Positions 13,951-26,349 of a DNA stretch of 64,000 bases are shown here, in pieces. Positions within the stretch are counted from its first letter, which is position 1. Each line of letters begins with the position of its first letter. The notes under the pieces are model-generated. The model did no database searches and had not been told where the DNA came from. It saw only the letters and a list, made by a program, of their open reading frames with translations. The stretch covers positions 17,155,881-17,219,880 of the forward strand of contig NC_092678.1 of the NCBI RefSeq assembly GCF_964355755.1, given 5' to 3'. The DNA comes from Antedon mediterranea. Lineage: Eukaryota > Animalia > Echinodermata. The translations under genes and the position numbers were made by a program.

Positions 13951-14215
13951 TAATTGTAGTTTTGCGTCAGGGAGTTGAGTGATTAGATGTTTTGCCCTAC
14001 TCTGACGTAATTTGTACTTTATACTAAGTACAATTGAGAATACTTGCGAAAACATTCGCAAGTAGTTCTCGGGTGGGACTCGAACCCACGACCTCCAGAT
14101 CACTAGCCTGGCGTTCATACTTCTAGACCACTCAGCTTCCGCTGATGGCTAGTGGTTAGATTCGAGCTCAAGTAAGCAGCGGGTACTGCACCAACAGGAT
14201 TGTAATTGTAGTTTT
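13951..14215 (-). repeat. Dispersed repeat with internal tRNA-like segment
   Basis: Minus strand AGCTGAGTGGTCTAGAAG...GGAGGTCGTGGGTTCGAGTCCCACC (A and B boxes). Bounded by the 13-bp direct repeat TAATTGTAGTTTT (13951-13963, 14203-14215). Confidence 0.65.
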
Positions 14216-14422
14216 AGCTATATGATTTCATAGGGTCTGATCATTTCCCTATTGCATTTAGTATTAATGATGTTTTATGGGATAAGCCTATAACCCATGA
14301 TTCAAGATAACGACAGACATAACATTGCAACTATTGTTAACTGGAAGTCCGTTAGTAAACAGGATATTGATAAGTACACTTATACCACATGTATTACTTA
14401 ATAGTCTTTTAATTAAGTCCTA

Positions 14423-15887
14423 CTAGATGGTACGCTCGCTTCGTTCGCGTACCATCTAGGTCGTGCCCACAGATGGTTCTCGAATACATAGTAATTTCAG
14501 CGTTTAAAAAACTGGCGACTTCAAATGCACATGCAGGACAATAATACATGTTGTTTACAGGAACGAACAAATAGACACGGTGATTTATGTACTCAACTAA
14601 AATTAGCACCCCGCGAATTACTTCCGAAAAAGAAGTTTGTCACAAAATAAGAAACAAACTGAATTTGTGTTTTGTATGTAACATTTGGGTTGAGGGATAG
14701 GGAAGAGGATGGATGCAAAGACGAACAATTTTTAAATATATTCTTTATCGATTTAGTAACGAAATATGAATTATTTTCATGTTTTACAAATAATATACCA
14801 GTAAACACAGTAAAACATTGCGATTTAATACTTTGTTGAAACTGTCACCGTCATAGTCGATTGAAATAGTACAGTTCATGTAACGATACATCACTAATAC
14901 GACGTTTATATTTTTGTTGAAGTTACATGATAACAAACGTTCAGAAGGAACTGTCAGTAATATATTAAACACCTCTATTCGGGGCAAATCGTAAATTCGC
15001 TTTAATCGTCAATAAATAATTATCTAACTCAACTTAATTAGTAGGCCTAATGGTCAAGTGTCTCATAGAGCCAATTATGCTACCCACTACCCAACTTGTA
15101 TTGAAAATTAAGTTGTTTCCTAACCACCAAACTTGTTCTGCGTTTAGGGCATGTACTGATCATTCGTACTGTAGGCCTGTCCTCTACTGGCTTTACAACG
15201 CTATTCATGTCAGTGAGGGGAGGGTGGTGGTGTTGGTGGTGGTTTAGCTGCAATAATAAAGTTGATTGTACATAATAGACGGCGACTGGAAAGGCTAGCT
15301 CATTATGCGTTAAAAAAAAGGATTCCACAGATTGGAAAAAAATGTATCGAATTTCTGTTATGAGTATACAGTACTTGTATTTACGACGCCTGAGGGAATA
15401 GACACTTGTGGAACAGAGATTGGAATGTTCCATTTATCGCAGATCAAAACATTTGTATAAACGTTTATTAAATCTATCAAAATAGTATTTTTTAAAGAAA
15501 ATCGGCCTGTCTTCAACATTATGATGCTGTACTCGAGCTGTTCAACCGGTTTCCAGCTATTAAAAACAATTATCGTAGGAGGAGATAGGAAAATGCGAAG
15601 CATCCTCGCATTATTGTCTGCGGGTATTTTTCAAGTTGGACATCCACTAGACAGTGTATACCACGACCACGAATCACCCCTATTTGGGGCAAATCGTTGA
15701 ACCTAAATTCGTTTTAATTGTCAATAACTAATTATCTAACTCAATTTAATTAGTAAACATGGTTACATCAGATGGTTAAAATCAGTACCGAAAGTACGAA
15801 CCAACTTTATATTATACCATCGAGTAAAAATTCTAGAAATAAACTGCGATTTATCGAATTTTGCCCTTACGTAAATTTATATTTAGA
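14423..15887 (-). mobile_element. Non-autonomous Helitron, family B copy 1
   Basis: Minus 5' end TCTAAATATAAATTTAC; 3' hairpin CTAGATGGTACGC...GCGTACCATCTAG followed by T; no TSD. Homologous to 35205-38408 and 46541-47713. Confidence 0.8.
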
Positions 15888-17161
15888 AGCTTTCAATTGC
15901 CATAGTTGCTTTCTGGACGCACCAAAAGCGTTCGATCGAGTCAAATCCTATTTAAAGTTTTAGTTGAAAGAGGTGTGCCTATCTTTGTAGTTAGGATCTT
16001 ACGACTGGTATGATAATCAAGAATTTGTTGTTAGATGGGGATATTGTGTCCCTTCACCTTTTTTCTGTTATTAACGGTGTGCACCAAAGGGGTGTAATGT
16101 CTCCACTGCTTTACAATGTAGCCTATTATATTGAAGATCTTTATGTACAACTTAGAGAGTCCAATCATGGGTGTACTATTGGTGATAACAAATTTAATTG
16201 TCTCAGTTACGCTGATGACATGCTTCTCATGGCTCCTTTTTCTATTGGAGTACTGAATCTCATTAATGTTTTTGAACTTTATGCTACGAATCGAGATATT
16301 GTGTACGTTACTATACAATCCAAGTGTATGTTTTTATGTGCTCGTGTAGGTAAGTTACAAGGTTGACCTAGTGTTAAGCTAAACCACACTGACCTTGAAT
16401 TTGTTGACTGTATAACATACTTGGGTCATGTGATTTGTAACTCTCTGAATGATGATAATGATATTAAGAAACAGTATCGAGCTATGTGTATCAAAGCTAA
16501 TGCATTATGCAGGACATTCTCCAAATGTTCCGTTGAAGTTAAATGTCAGTTATTTAAAATGTTTTGCGTTAATGTAGGCCAATACTGTATGACTCTATGG
16601 AGTAAATTCCGTGAAGGTACTGTAAACTAATTTAGAGTTTTCTTTAATAACGGGTTGCGTAAGCTACTGAAAATTCTTAGTTATAGCATGATTTTTTTTA
16701 ACGAATAACGTTCCCTCATTCTATAATTTGATGGAACGCTATACATTATAGTTTTAAGAGCATAATTCATGACAGTTGCAATAGCCTGATTGAACCATAG
16801 TTAACGTCATTCCACAATCCAACCTACATCAGCGTTTGGTACAAATTGGTATTTTTTAGGATATTGTAAGTTGATTTGTGGAAGTTGCTTATTTAATTTC
16901 CTGGTTAAATTGTTTCTATTTTTTGTTTTTTTTTATGATTTGTATATGGATGTACTATCCGAAATAAAGAAAATGAATGAATGAATGAATAGTGTACCGT
17001 CATTTTAAAAGTGATATTATTGGCCTAATACAACGTCATGGTATTTAGAAACAGTCAAACCAACCCTTAAATGCATAATTTCACAATTAACCAGATATAC
17101 TTACAATTGTAAAGCTTTTAAATGTTTACAAGTAAGGACAAAAATGAGAATAAACACTTAC

Positions 17162-17233
17162 AGTCTAACCAATGACGTCAAACCAACAAATGCATTTTCA
17201 TGCAATGTAGTAATGTTGTTACTTCTTAAATCC
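17162..17233 (-). CDS. LRR exon (72 nt, phase 2-2) of the CUB-LRR gene
   Basis: tttttaag|G GAT TTA AGA AGT AAC AAC ATT...GTT AGA CT|gtaagt encodes DLRSNNITTLHENAFVGLTSLVRL. Confidence 0.85.
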
Positions 17234-17529
17234 CTTAAAAATAAAAACATGAATACTTGGTAAAATAACAGTTCACGAGTTGAGGTTTTCTTTTTTGGGA
17301 AAAAATAGGTACAGTTTGGTGTGTATGTCAGCGGACAAAATAGTGACCGTAAAATAATGTATCTGTATTGTAACTGTTAGTGTGTATTACGTGTCAGTGA
17401 AAATTAAAGAGGGTCGATAACGGTACAAACGTTAAAAATAAATATTATTAAAATTAATATACAAAGTTTTTCGATCAAGTACGTATCAAGTTCAAACTAT
17501 CAAACACGTCACAGGAAGCGTGGACAAAT

Positions 17530-18110
17530 GTCGAAGACGTGTGAAACTTCGAAGGAAAAAAAATTAAACCTTCCTATGTCATCTGTTATTTTTGGTAATG
17601 CTCACTCACTCAAAAACAAGTTTAGTGAATTGGCTGCAAATGCCAGTATTCGAATACAGAGACAGTTGCCTTATGGCGCTCATTGAAATTTGGCTATATG
17701 AATCTGTTTCATATCATGGATCAAAAAATTGTTCTTGTAATCTGGAATTATTATCAGTTGCTCGTCGTCCCTTTTACTTGAAAAGGGAATTCTAGCAGGT
17801 TCTAGTCATCATTATCTATATACACCCGAAAGCAGACTTCAAAGTAGCTTGCGCTAAAGTCGTTGAGATAGATAGACAACTAAGCTGCAAATCACCAGAT
17901 TCAATAAAGCAGTTACTTTGTGACTTTAACAAAGGATCCTATAAAGAGCTTGCAAACGTAATTCCACACCTTCATCATGTAAACGTCGCTACGAGAGAAG
18001 GAACTATACTTGGTATGCGCTATGGAAATGTTAAAAATGCTTATACAGCAAAGATATGTCTAAGCACTGGGCGGTCAGATCACAACATGATCCCAAGCTA
18101 TAATTTACGA
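17530..18110 (+). mobile_element. Degenerate APE endonuclease region of a Rex1/Babar-type LINE
   Basis: Broken frames give EYRDSCLMALIEIWL, LELLSVARRPFYLKREF (RPFYLPREF hallmark), YIHPKA, CDFN, ATREGTIL and GRSDHNM. Confidence 0.75.
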
Positions 18111-18289
18111 ACATAGGAAGCCTCAAAATTAATATGATACGCACATATCTTAGTGCTGTTAATTGTGATATTCATTAGGCCTACATTAGGCCTGGGTTAA
18201 CCCACTGTGCAACTGTAGTGCTGTTTTTTTTTGTTTATTCTTTAGTTCGATTCTTCCAGCATAGTATTGTTTTATTTATTTAATCTATA

Positions 18290-18670
18290 GAAGGTTCATA
18301 ACAATACGAACGTTAGATTATTGTAAAAAAAAATGTTCGATAAACTAAGTCATTGGATTTTTGTCTAGATTTGGTAGTTTTTTTATGTTTACGAATTAAT
18401 TTTTCCATTGGTTAAGGGGGATTGGTCGGCTGAATTTTAATAATTTGTATGATTTAGCTTTGTAATTTATTTGTCATAGGTATAATCTCTGGTCTATGAG
18501 CAAGTGCAAATATTCTACAATTCAGACTCGATTCAATGAAATTAAGCAAATTTTGTTTAGGAATTAATGTTAGATGGTGTGAGATAAAACGAGAAAATGT
18601 CAAGTTTATAACATGAAATGAAATTGAAGATGAGTACCACTTTTTGTTAATAATTATGTTAATACAACTT
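18290..18670 (+). mobile_element. Highly degenerate LINE 3' fragment
   Basis: NEIEDEYHFLL near 18617-18650 matches the C-terminal Zn-knuckle region of CR1-group LINEs. Boundaries are uncertain. Confidence 0.4.
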
Positions 18671-18977
18671 AAATTTATCGTTTGATTTCTTTTGCAAAAT
18701 ACACTAAATTAGGAAAAACATATTTTATGTTGTATCCGCTTTAATAATAAAGAATAAATCAAAGAATTTGTTATTGTTCGCAGTCATACCACCATTATAA
18801 CGCTTTAACAAACATTTTAACCTTTCCACGTATTAATGCCTTAGTGTACTAATATTACAATATATTGTAAGACTTTAGCACGTTACCCTGAACGTCATGG
18901 TATTTGGAAACAGTTAAACCTACCCTAAATGTATAATCACAATTAACATGATTTACTGACAATTGTAAACAGCAACC

Positions 18978-19400
18978 TCAAATCAAATCAAATCAAATCA
19001 AATCTATATTCGTTTCATATATAAAAACGTAGCAAGTAAGTACTTGTCAACTGGTTTAACCAAAAAGTTAACATTTATTTATTAAATAAAAAATGTACAT
19101 TGTTTTCCTCGACAGAAAAATATGGTAAAACATTCACAATTACATCATACATAAAACACATTTACACTTTAAAAACATTAATTAAAACATCCATCAACTG
19201 TAAAACTTTGAAATATATATATATTGCATGTGCGTTATTATGATCTAACAATCTTTGAGTTAAAATATGCGTTGAATTTGGTACAAAAGATATTCGGTTT
19301 CTTGGCGTATCAGCTCTGAGAGCCTTTACATTTTTATAAGATGCTTTTGCCGTCTAGCACGTGAAAGTATTCTTCCTTCTCTGTGCCTAAGGCAGAATTG
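18978..19400 (-). mobile_element. LINE 3' tail (L2/CR1-like) with (ATTTG)n terminal microsatellite
   Basis: Minus translation RADTPRNRISFVPNS resembles the RT C-terminal RTxRxxxSFxP motif. Plus-strand (AAATC)n at about 18980-19004. Confidence 0.55.
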
Positions 19401-19904
19401 GAAGGAAAACATCAGTATACATTTGCCAAAAAGTGACATAAAAGTATAAAGAATACTCGATAACAATACTTTATAATAATCTCATATAGCGCCGCTACAT
19501 ACTCGCACATTATTTGTTTAATAATTTAAGCAGATTCTGAAAGATATATATATATATATATATATATATCAAAATACTACGTATGTAAAGATCAACGACT
19601 GTAACAATAACATCGGTGGATTTGAGGACAACCCTGAATACCTGTAATTACAAAACAGTAATATAACTTAAAACTTAAAATCATCAGCTAACATACCCTT
19701 TTATCCACTTTGACAATACAGAATAAATCAAAGAAGTTGTTATTGTTCACAGTCATACCACCATAATGCTTCACTTTGAATGTACCGTAATTTTACAAGT
19801 AATATTTAACAGTTAAACCTACCGTTAAATGTATAATTTCAGAAATAACATGATTTAGTTGAATTTTTATAAGTAAGAAAACAAAATGAGAAAAAAACAC
19901 TTAC

Positions 19905-19976
19905 AGTGTAACCAATGATGTCAAACCACCAAATGCATTTTCATACAATGTAGTAATGCCGTTACTGCTTAAATCC
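19905..19976 (-). CDS. LRR exon (72 nt, phase 2-2) of the CUB-LRR gene
   Basis: ttttgaag|G GAT TTA AGC AGT AAC GGC ATT...GTT ACA CT|gtaagt encodes DLSSNGITTLYENAFGGLTSLVTL. Confidence 0.85.
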
Positions 19977-21241
19977 CTTCAAAATAAAAACAGTTGGTAA
20001 ATAACAGTTCACGAGTTGAGGTTCTCTTCTTTGGGAAAAATATTTACAGTTTATGTCAGTAGATGAAATAGTGACCCTAAAATAATGTATCTGAAATGTA
20101 CTATCATTGTGTATTACTGTACGTGTTAGTGAAAGAGTAAAAGGGTTGATAACGGTACAATAAACGTTAAAATATTATTCAAATTATAAATACAAAATAT
20201 ATCGATTTAGTACGTATTGTAGTACGTCAGGAATAGGTTGTTCGTTTATATAATTACTAATCTAAGACGGAGAGATAACATTTTAATACATCTTAAAGGC
20301 AATTGAAAAATAATCAATCCTTTACTATAAGCCGAAACGTAGCAAGAGTATGTAACTTATTTGTTATAGAGAGAAAAATAGTGCATGTTTAGACACAAAC
20401 CAGCACAGCTGATGTAATCTGAGGGTAGCCTACAATAATTAAAGTACACGTATAACTAAACGATAAAGAAAGAAATGTATACATAAATCAATGTCAAATA
20501 ACTAGCTCGATGATATCAAACGGCGCCTCTACACACTCACACATTGATTCAATCCAAAGAGTTTACACTGACAAGAAAAGTCAGCATTTTTTTAAAGTTA
20601 TGAATAATCAACTACCAAAATAATATTAAAATTGTTTAAAATACCGTTCGTTATCTAATTTACGGACGTAGGAAGTCTAAAAATCAATATATATGTACAT
20701 ATTTGTTATTTAGTGCCTTTGATTCTAACATCCGTTACTCTATTGTGTTAACCCACTGTGTAATAATAGTGTCTGTTTCTGTGGTTAATTGCGCGGTGCA
20801 ATGCTGTTTTTTCAATTGAGGATTTTTCAATTCTGTTCTCGCACGATTGTATTATTCTATTTTATGTAAAGATGAGGGGCATTTTGGAAACACATTTTTT
20901 ATACAATTCGAATGAGTGTACGATGTATTTAAACCAATTTACAGAACGTACGTACCGAAAAAAAAACACCATGGACTGAAATCGTTATTTTGTGAGGATG
21001 GTGCTAATTGGAATGATTCGTCTACGATAGTCCAGTACTTTTACAATTAACTAATATTAATTTTCCGTTGTATCATTTTCATTTCTATAATTTGTAATAA
21101 AAATAATATAATCATAATAACATTATTTTTTTTAATATAAGCTTTAGAATTAACGTAACTGCGATCAACGTTTCAATGTTACTACGCTTGTCTTATGTAA
21201 GCTTACAGTTTGCACAAAACAGGTTCTTTTATGATACTTAC

Positions 21242-21377
21242 AAGAATGTTATTGGTTGATGATTATTGTAGTTCCTGACGGATTCTGCTGTTGTATTAAT
21301 ATATTTCCGACAGCTTAAGTAGTTAAATATGCAATCGCATCCAGTTGGACATATCTGTGTTAGGAATATTAATTGTT
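21242..21377 (-). CDS. LRR N-terminal cap (LRRNT) exon, phase 1-2
   Basis: ttttttacag|AA CAA TTA...ACA TTC TT|gtaagt encodes EQLIFLTQICPTGCDCIFNYLSCRKYINTTAESVRNYNNHQPITFL (CPxxCxC...C). Phases join the CUB exon to the LRR exons. Confidence 0.85.
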
Positions 21378-21559
21378 CTGTAAAAAAAAAATGTTTGTGA
21401 AATTAGCTACTAGTTTCGAATTTAACTAAATGGACAGTAAAACAATAGCTATAAAAATGTAATAACTATGTTTGTCATTTAACTATTAATTGTATAGGAC
21501 TTGGCTCTTGAGTAGGACTAGACGTTGTGAAAAAGTAGAAGTATCTTAAGTTTAGGTCA

Positions 21560-22040
21560 TTCTTCAAATATATCATAATCTAATATCATTTTGATACATT
21601 ACTGTTGTACATGTGCAATTTTGGATTTGTGGATTTGACGCATACTGGATAAATATTGATCTCTTTTTTCTTCAAAGGTCTCTCAATTCCGTGTCCAATT
21701 ACGTCTGCCGGTGGAATTTGTATAGTCTCTAACAATGCACCATCGCCGAGTTGGCTCATTGGCCGCCTTCTCCAGAGTAGGGGTCAAAGAGCCAGTGTTG
21801 TGGTGGAATAATGTTTTATAATTCAGGTGATTCATTATTGTCTCGTTTCTAACAATATCGGAATTTTTACCGGGATGAAGTCTCTTTTGCAAAAAGAAGC
21901 TTTGTGTTATGTTTGTTTAGAAACCTCTTACTATTACGTTTGTGAATTTCTTCCAATTGATCAATTGTTTTTGCAGAGGTTTTTTAAAGATTTTAGGTTG
22001 TCCAGGGAGCGTTTGTTTGCCTAATTCTCTGCAATCTAAG
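21560..22040 (-). mobile_element. Possible degenerate RTE-like LINE 3' fragment
   Basis: Broken frames DQLEEIHKRNSKRFL, DIVRNETIMNHL and TP...RRP...RRW recall the RTE RT C-terminus. Weak. Confidence 0.35.
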
Positions 22041-24199
22041 GTTGTGTCTAATTATCAATCAAGTAAAGAGCTTAAACTAGATTATGATTAATTACTGTAA
22101 TTGAATATTTAATTAATGGCAGTAACATAGCCTAGATTATAGAGTATAGACAGCGATTCAGATTAATATTTGTTATAAAATCAAACAACAAACGTAAAAG
22201 ACTTTAGTATATAATAGCTATCTTCCTTGTATTAGCTACAGTGTTTTATTTTAGAATTTTTGCAAGTAGTGTTTCTCTGTTTTAAAAGTATCTTCTATCA
22301 AATCGCCTAAAAAAGCCTAATCAGGTTAATACATTACACTTTTTCAGTAACTTAGGGGTTATTAGTTTACAATACGTCGTTAAACGCGTTACACTTAGCG
22401 ACTGACGCGTTTATTTTTTTTTCAATATTTATAATACAATTATGTATTATTAATTTTTAAAAAACATTAAAACCTAAATAACCTACTGAATACAAAATAT
22501 ATTCATTGTATCCTAATTTCAACATTTTTTTTTATCTTATGTGGGTTCATCCCACTTTTATTTCCATACAACTGTTCTCTTTACATATATTTTTCATATA
22601 CACTATACATATCATTATATTTACAATGTTTGTTTAATCATCTGTTTACATATATCTTTTTAAACATATTATCTGTAACACATTTTCATTAACAAGCTTA
22701 TTTTTTTCTTACATAGGTCTAGTTGTTTTTGATTTTTTCATCTACCACATTTTCATTTAACAATGCAAATTCTCTGTTATACTCATTACTTACTAAATGT
22801 TTACTGTTAACATAATATTGTTCTCATCCTTTAACATTAATATTAATATTTTGTTCTTTAATGTTTACAAAACTTTTATTTCCAGCAGATTATCCTTTTT
22901 TTTTGCATCTATAACTTCTTAAATTTTATTTTATTTTAACCACATTGATTACATAGTTTCCTCTTTTTATACATATTATCTATAACACATTTTCATTAAC
23001 AGAGCTTATTTTTTCTTACATAGTTATTTTTGTTTGTTTTCATCTAGTGGAGTCTGTTAGGGATATTTTGGTTCACTTTTTTCCAAAAGCATCAAATTTG
23101 GTATACAGGTTGCCCACCCTATACAAATTAAATTTTTGATGGGCGCCAAGCAAAATGACCCCTTGGGTCACCTAATTTGCATAATTTTAAATGGCGGACA
23201 CTTTCGCTTAAACAGTCTATATCTCTGAAACTACTGGTCATAGAGAGTTGATTTTTAGCTCAAAATGTTCAAAACATAAACATTCCTATTTACTCTAATG
23301 AAGTATTTTTGAAAAAAAATGACCGGAAGTACCAGTTTTAACCTTTGACCCATATTTTAAGGCATTGCCATATCTCAGTAAATAGTTGTCACAGACAGTT
23401 TATTTAAGTGTCAAATTGTTCAGAATATATATGTTACTATTTAGTTTAATGAAACATTTTATCCAAAAATGACCGGAAGTACTCAGTTTTGCCTTTGACC
23501 GTTACGGTGTAATTACCAACCTTGTTACGGTTAATATATTTTGATATCCATAAAACTACTTGTCATAGAGAGTTAATGTTTGTGTCAAAATGTTCAGAAC
23601 ATAAACATTTCTATTTACTATAATAAAGTTTTTTCTAAAATAATGACCAGAAATACCATATTTGACCTTTGACCTGTTTTTCAGGCAAATTGCCATATCA
23701 CATTATTGGGTTGGCGTGGAAAGTTCATTTTGGTGTCAGATTGTTCAGAATATATGTTACTATTATGTTTAATAGAAGATTTTTCCAAAAAATGTCAGGA
23801 AGTACAGTTGACCTGTTACATACATAAAATTATAAATTTGTTCAAGTTAACTGTATATTTATATTATTTTGCAATCCACTTTTGAGCACTTGTCGAAGAT
23901 GGCTACTTTGCATGTGCAATTGAACGAAGTATACTGAATGAAGTTGAATATAGTCCTATTTGTAGTGAGTCTAGAGTAACGCAAATGAGAGAAAATTGTA
24001 TAGACAAAAAACACCCAATCTCATTCTCATCTAATCGAGTACTTAAATGAAGTCTTCTACACATTTAGCAATAATGTTTACTGATGAAATCTATTCAAGT
24101 TTTGTTTTGGAAAGTTAGTGTTTCCATCACTTGTGTTTGTTTGGTTGTTACATTCAGGGTAATTGTCCTATATTGCATTTCTTCGCTGAGTATCTTTCT

Positions 24200-26030
24200 T
24201 TAATTAAGTATAGTTAAGTTTGTTCATGACCAAATTAACGGCAAAACACCACATCAAACAATGGAATACTTTTATTTAATTACACATAATGCTAGTACCA
24301 GATTTAGTAATCTATATATAAATTATGGTTAATTCTGACATAGGCGAGCACAATGCAAAAACTTCTCTACAAATCTCCGCCTTGGATACCTACCTTATCT
24401 ATCCGAGATGTACCGCAAAACGTAGATTTGATAACATTAGTGTGCACGCCGACGCTATTGTTCCATATTTATATCTTAGGAAGATATTATAAAGAGTTTT
24501 TTAACAACATTTATGATTTCAACATTGGATTTTCCTCTCAATTTCAATTCTTCCCGGTCAAAGTAATTTCCGGGTTTAAGATAAGTTCACCTTAGTTTCA
24601 AATATTTTCTCTCTTTTATACACAAGGGAGCAGTTAAAATAATAGATTTGACCCTAAAGGTGACTGGAAACAGGCACTTTCCATCAATCAATACAGTGTC
24701 CCTTTGGAAGACGAAAAAAAATTGGCCATTAATCATAGCCATTTCAGTTTTTTGTTTATTTTAAAACATACCACACGTGTGTGAAGGTACAGTAGTTAAT
24801 TAATAGGAATTATACTGCAAATTAATAAAGATCAAATTAAATATACGCCATAAAGAATCAGAATATATTGTGGGGAATAGTATTATAAAATTACATAGGG
24901 AGATTTGATAAGACATTTTTCGAGTGAAATCCCGATAGCTGAGTTTTATTGAGTAAGCTTGCAGGAATAACTGTAGGCTATCTTCCTGTGTCCCGTTAGG
25001 ACCGAGATGTCTGCCCATGTTGCAAGCCGTAATGTCTTCTTTCTTGGGCCCACTCTGTCACGGCAGTTAGTTTCAAAAGATGATTAAATTAAATAATGTA
25101 TTAATAATTATTAGGATGGTATTCATTTGAATAAACGCCTCTCCAATAAAACATCACTTTGAATAATAACCCCGCCCCCCCCCCCCACAACCCAACTATC
25201 TAATAAACGTCCATCCACATATTTATAATAACACAATTATACTATTTGTAGTAGAATTCACCGTACTGTTATCTGCAATTTACCAAGCATTTGTTATTCT
25301 TTTTTACCACTTTTCATATCTATGAGAGGATTTCATTTGATTATAAATGTTACCATATTATTAGAACTAAAACATTTAACATATATCCCTCGAATAAGCA
25401 CCTCCCTCAAATGACCTCCGCCTCCCAAAAGGGCCCTACCAAACAATAAAAACTATACTTTAAAATGTTATTAATCATCTAAAACACTGTGAAACAAAGT
25501 AGTTTAGTTTTACGAATGTCAAGCATTTTCAATAATGGTAACCGACAGAAAATGTATAAGGAGAACATTATCATTCCGAGAACCATCGTCTACACTTCCT
25601 AGAGGGGAAGCGAGCGAAGCGAGCTCACCCTCTAGTAGATATAATTTTGCAATTCCGAAAGCTCGCACAGATGCTGGTAAATTTAGAATTTCTTTTAATG
25701 GAGCTCAACTTTGGAATAATTTACCCTTAGTTATAAAATGTACCTCTTCTAGATTTAAATTCATAAATGAAGTTAAATGTTTACTTTTACAAAAATATTA
25801 ATGTTAGCCCTTGTTTACGTTATTTCTTTCATATAGTTGCTGTTTCTTTCTTATTGAATTATTGTTGATAGATGAAAATGTATGCATTTTGACTAATTTA
25901 TTTTTTGTGAAAGGAGTCAAACCTTGATTAGCGAAAGCTATTTTTTGGCTCCTTTTCACACACACATACATTTTATTGTATTGTACTATTTATGTATGAT
26001 GATGTGAATAAAGTTGATATAAGTATAAGT
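24200..26030 (+). mobile_element. CR1/L2-type LINE 3' fragment split by a Helitron
   Basis: Removing 24311-25635 restores HNASTRFSN|RYNFAIPKARTDAGKFRISFNGAQLWNNLP. 3' stem-loop and AATAAA at about 25910-26030. Confidence 0.75.
24311..25635 (+). mobile_element. Non-autonomous Helitron, family A copy 1
   Basis: A|TCTATATATAAATT start, ...CCCTCTAG|T end, terminal hairpin, inserted between A and T without TSD. Near-identical to 36103-37866. Confidence 0.85.
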
Positions 26031-26349
26031 TTAAAGGGCCTTCAAACTGGGGTATAACCTACTAATTAAAAGGATGGACATTTTCGGGATGCACAATATA
26101 AAAACTAGACTACTGTTGCCATATCACGAACCACAACTGAAAAATATATTTTTTCCACCAGACCTAAAGTAATCCTTGGTCCGCCAAACTTGGCAGAATT
26201 CTCGAATTTTACTTTTTAAAAATTTGGCCATCATCTGGACACGATTTGGGTATTACAGTTTTGTTACTTATGACATTACGCCTTAGTATCATCTTTTTCA
26301 TTATTGCCTTTTTACTTGATTTTTGGTTGATTAGTAAATGTTAAATTGT

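Larger units (their letters stand above)
12830..16990 (+). mobile_element. Degenerate L2/CR1-group LINE (ORF1, APE endonuclease, RT), interrupted by two inserts
   Basis: ORF1-like ...ILGPSLWPANVIIRKY; APE VVSYNCK...ICFQETWL and GSDHFPI (about 14235); RT CFLDAPKAFDRV, NGVHQRGVMSPLLYNV, LSYADDMLL, YLGH. The 3' end has AATAAA followed by (GAAT)n at about 16962-16990. Confidence 0.85.

Noticed and set aside
14060-14145. Functional tRNA gene (also about 31795-31880 and 49570-49640)
   Set aside because: A/B boxes are present but I could not build a clean cloverleaf. The segments are embedded in repeats or degraded.
21683-22035. Extra host exon between CUB and LRRNT (ag|AT TGC AGA GAA...)
   Set aside because: The frame hits a stop after about 39 codons, the region looks like a decayed LINE end, and CUB already joins LRRNT in phase.
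24353-25018. Recurrent ORFs MQKLLYKSPPW and MGRHLGPNG as a gene family
   Set aside because: They recur only because they lie within near-identical Helitron A copies; no domain or splice support.
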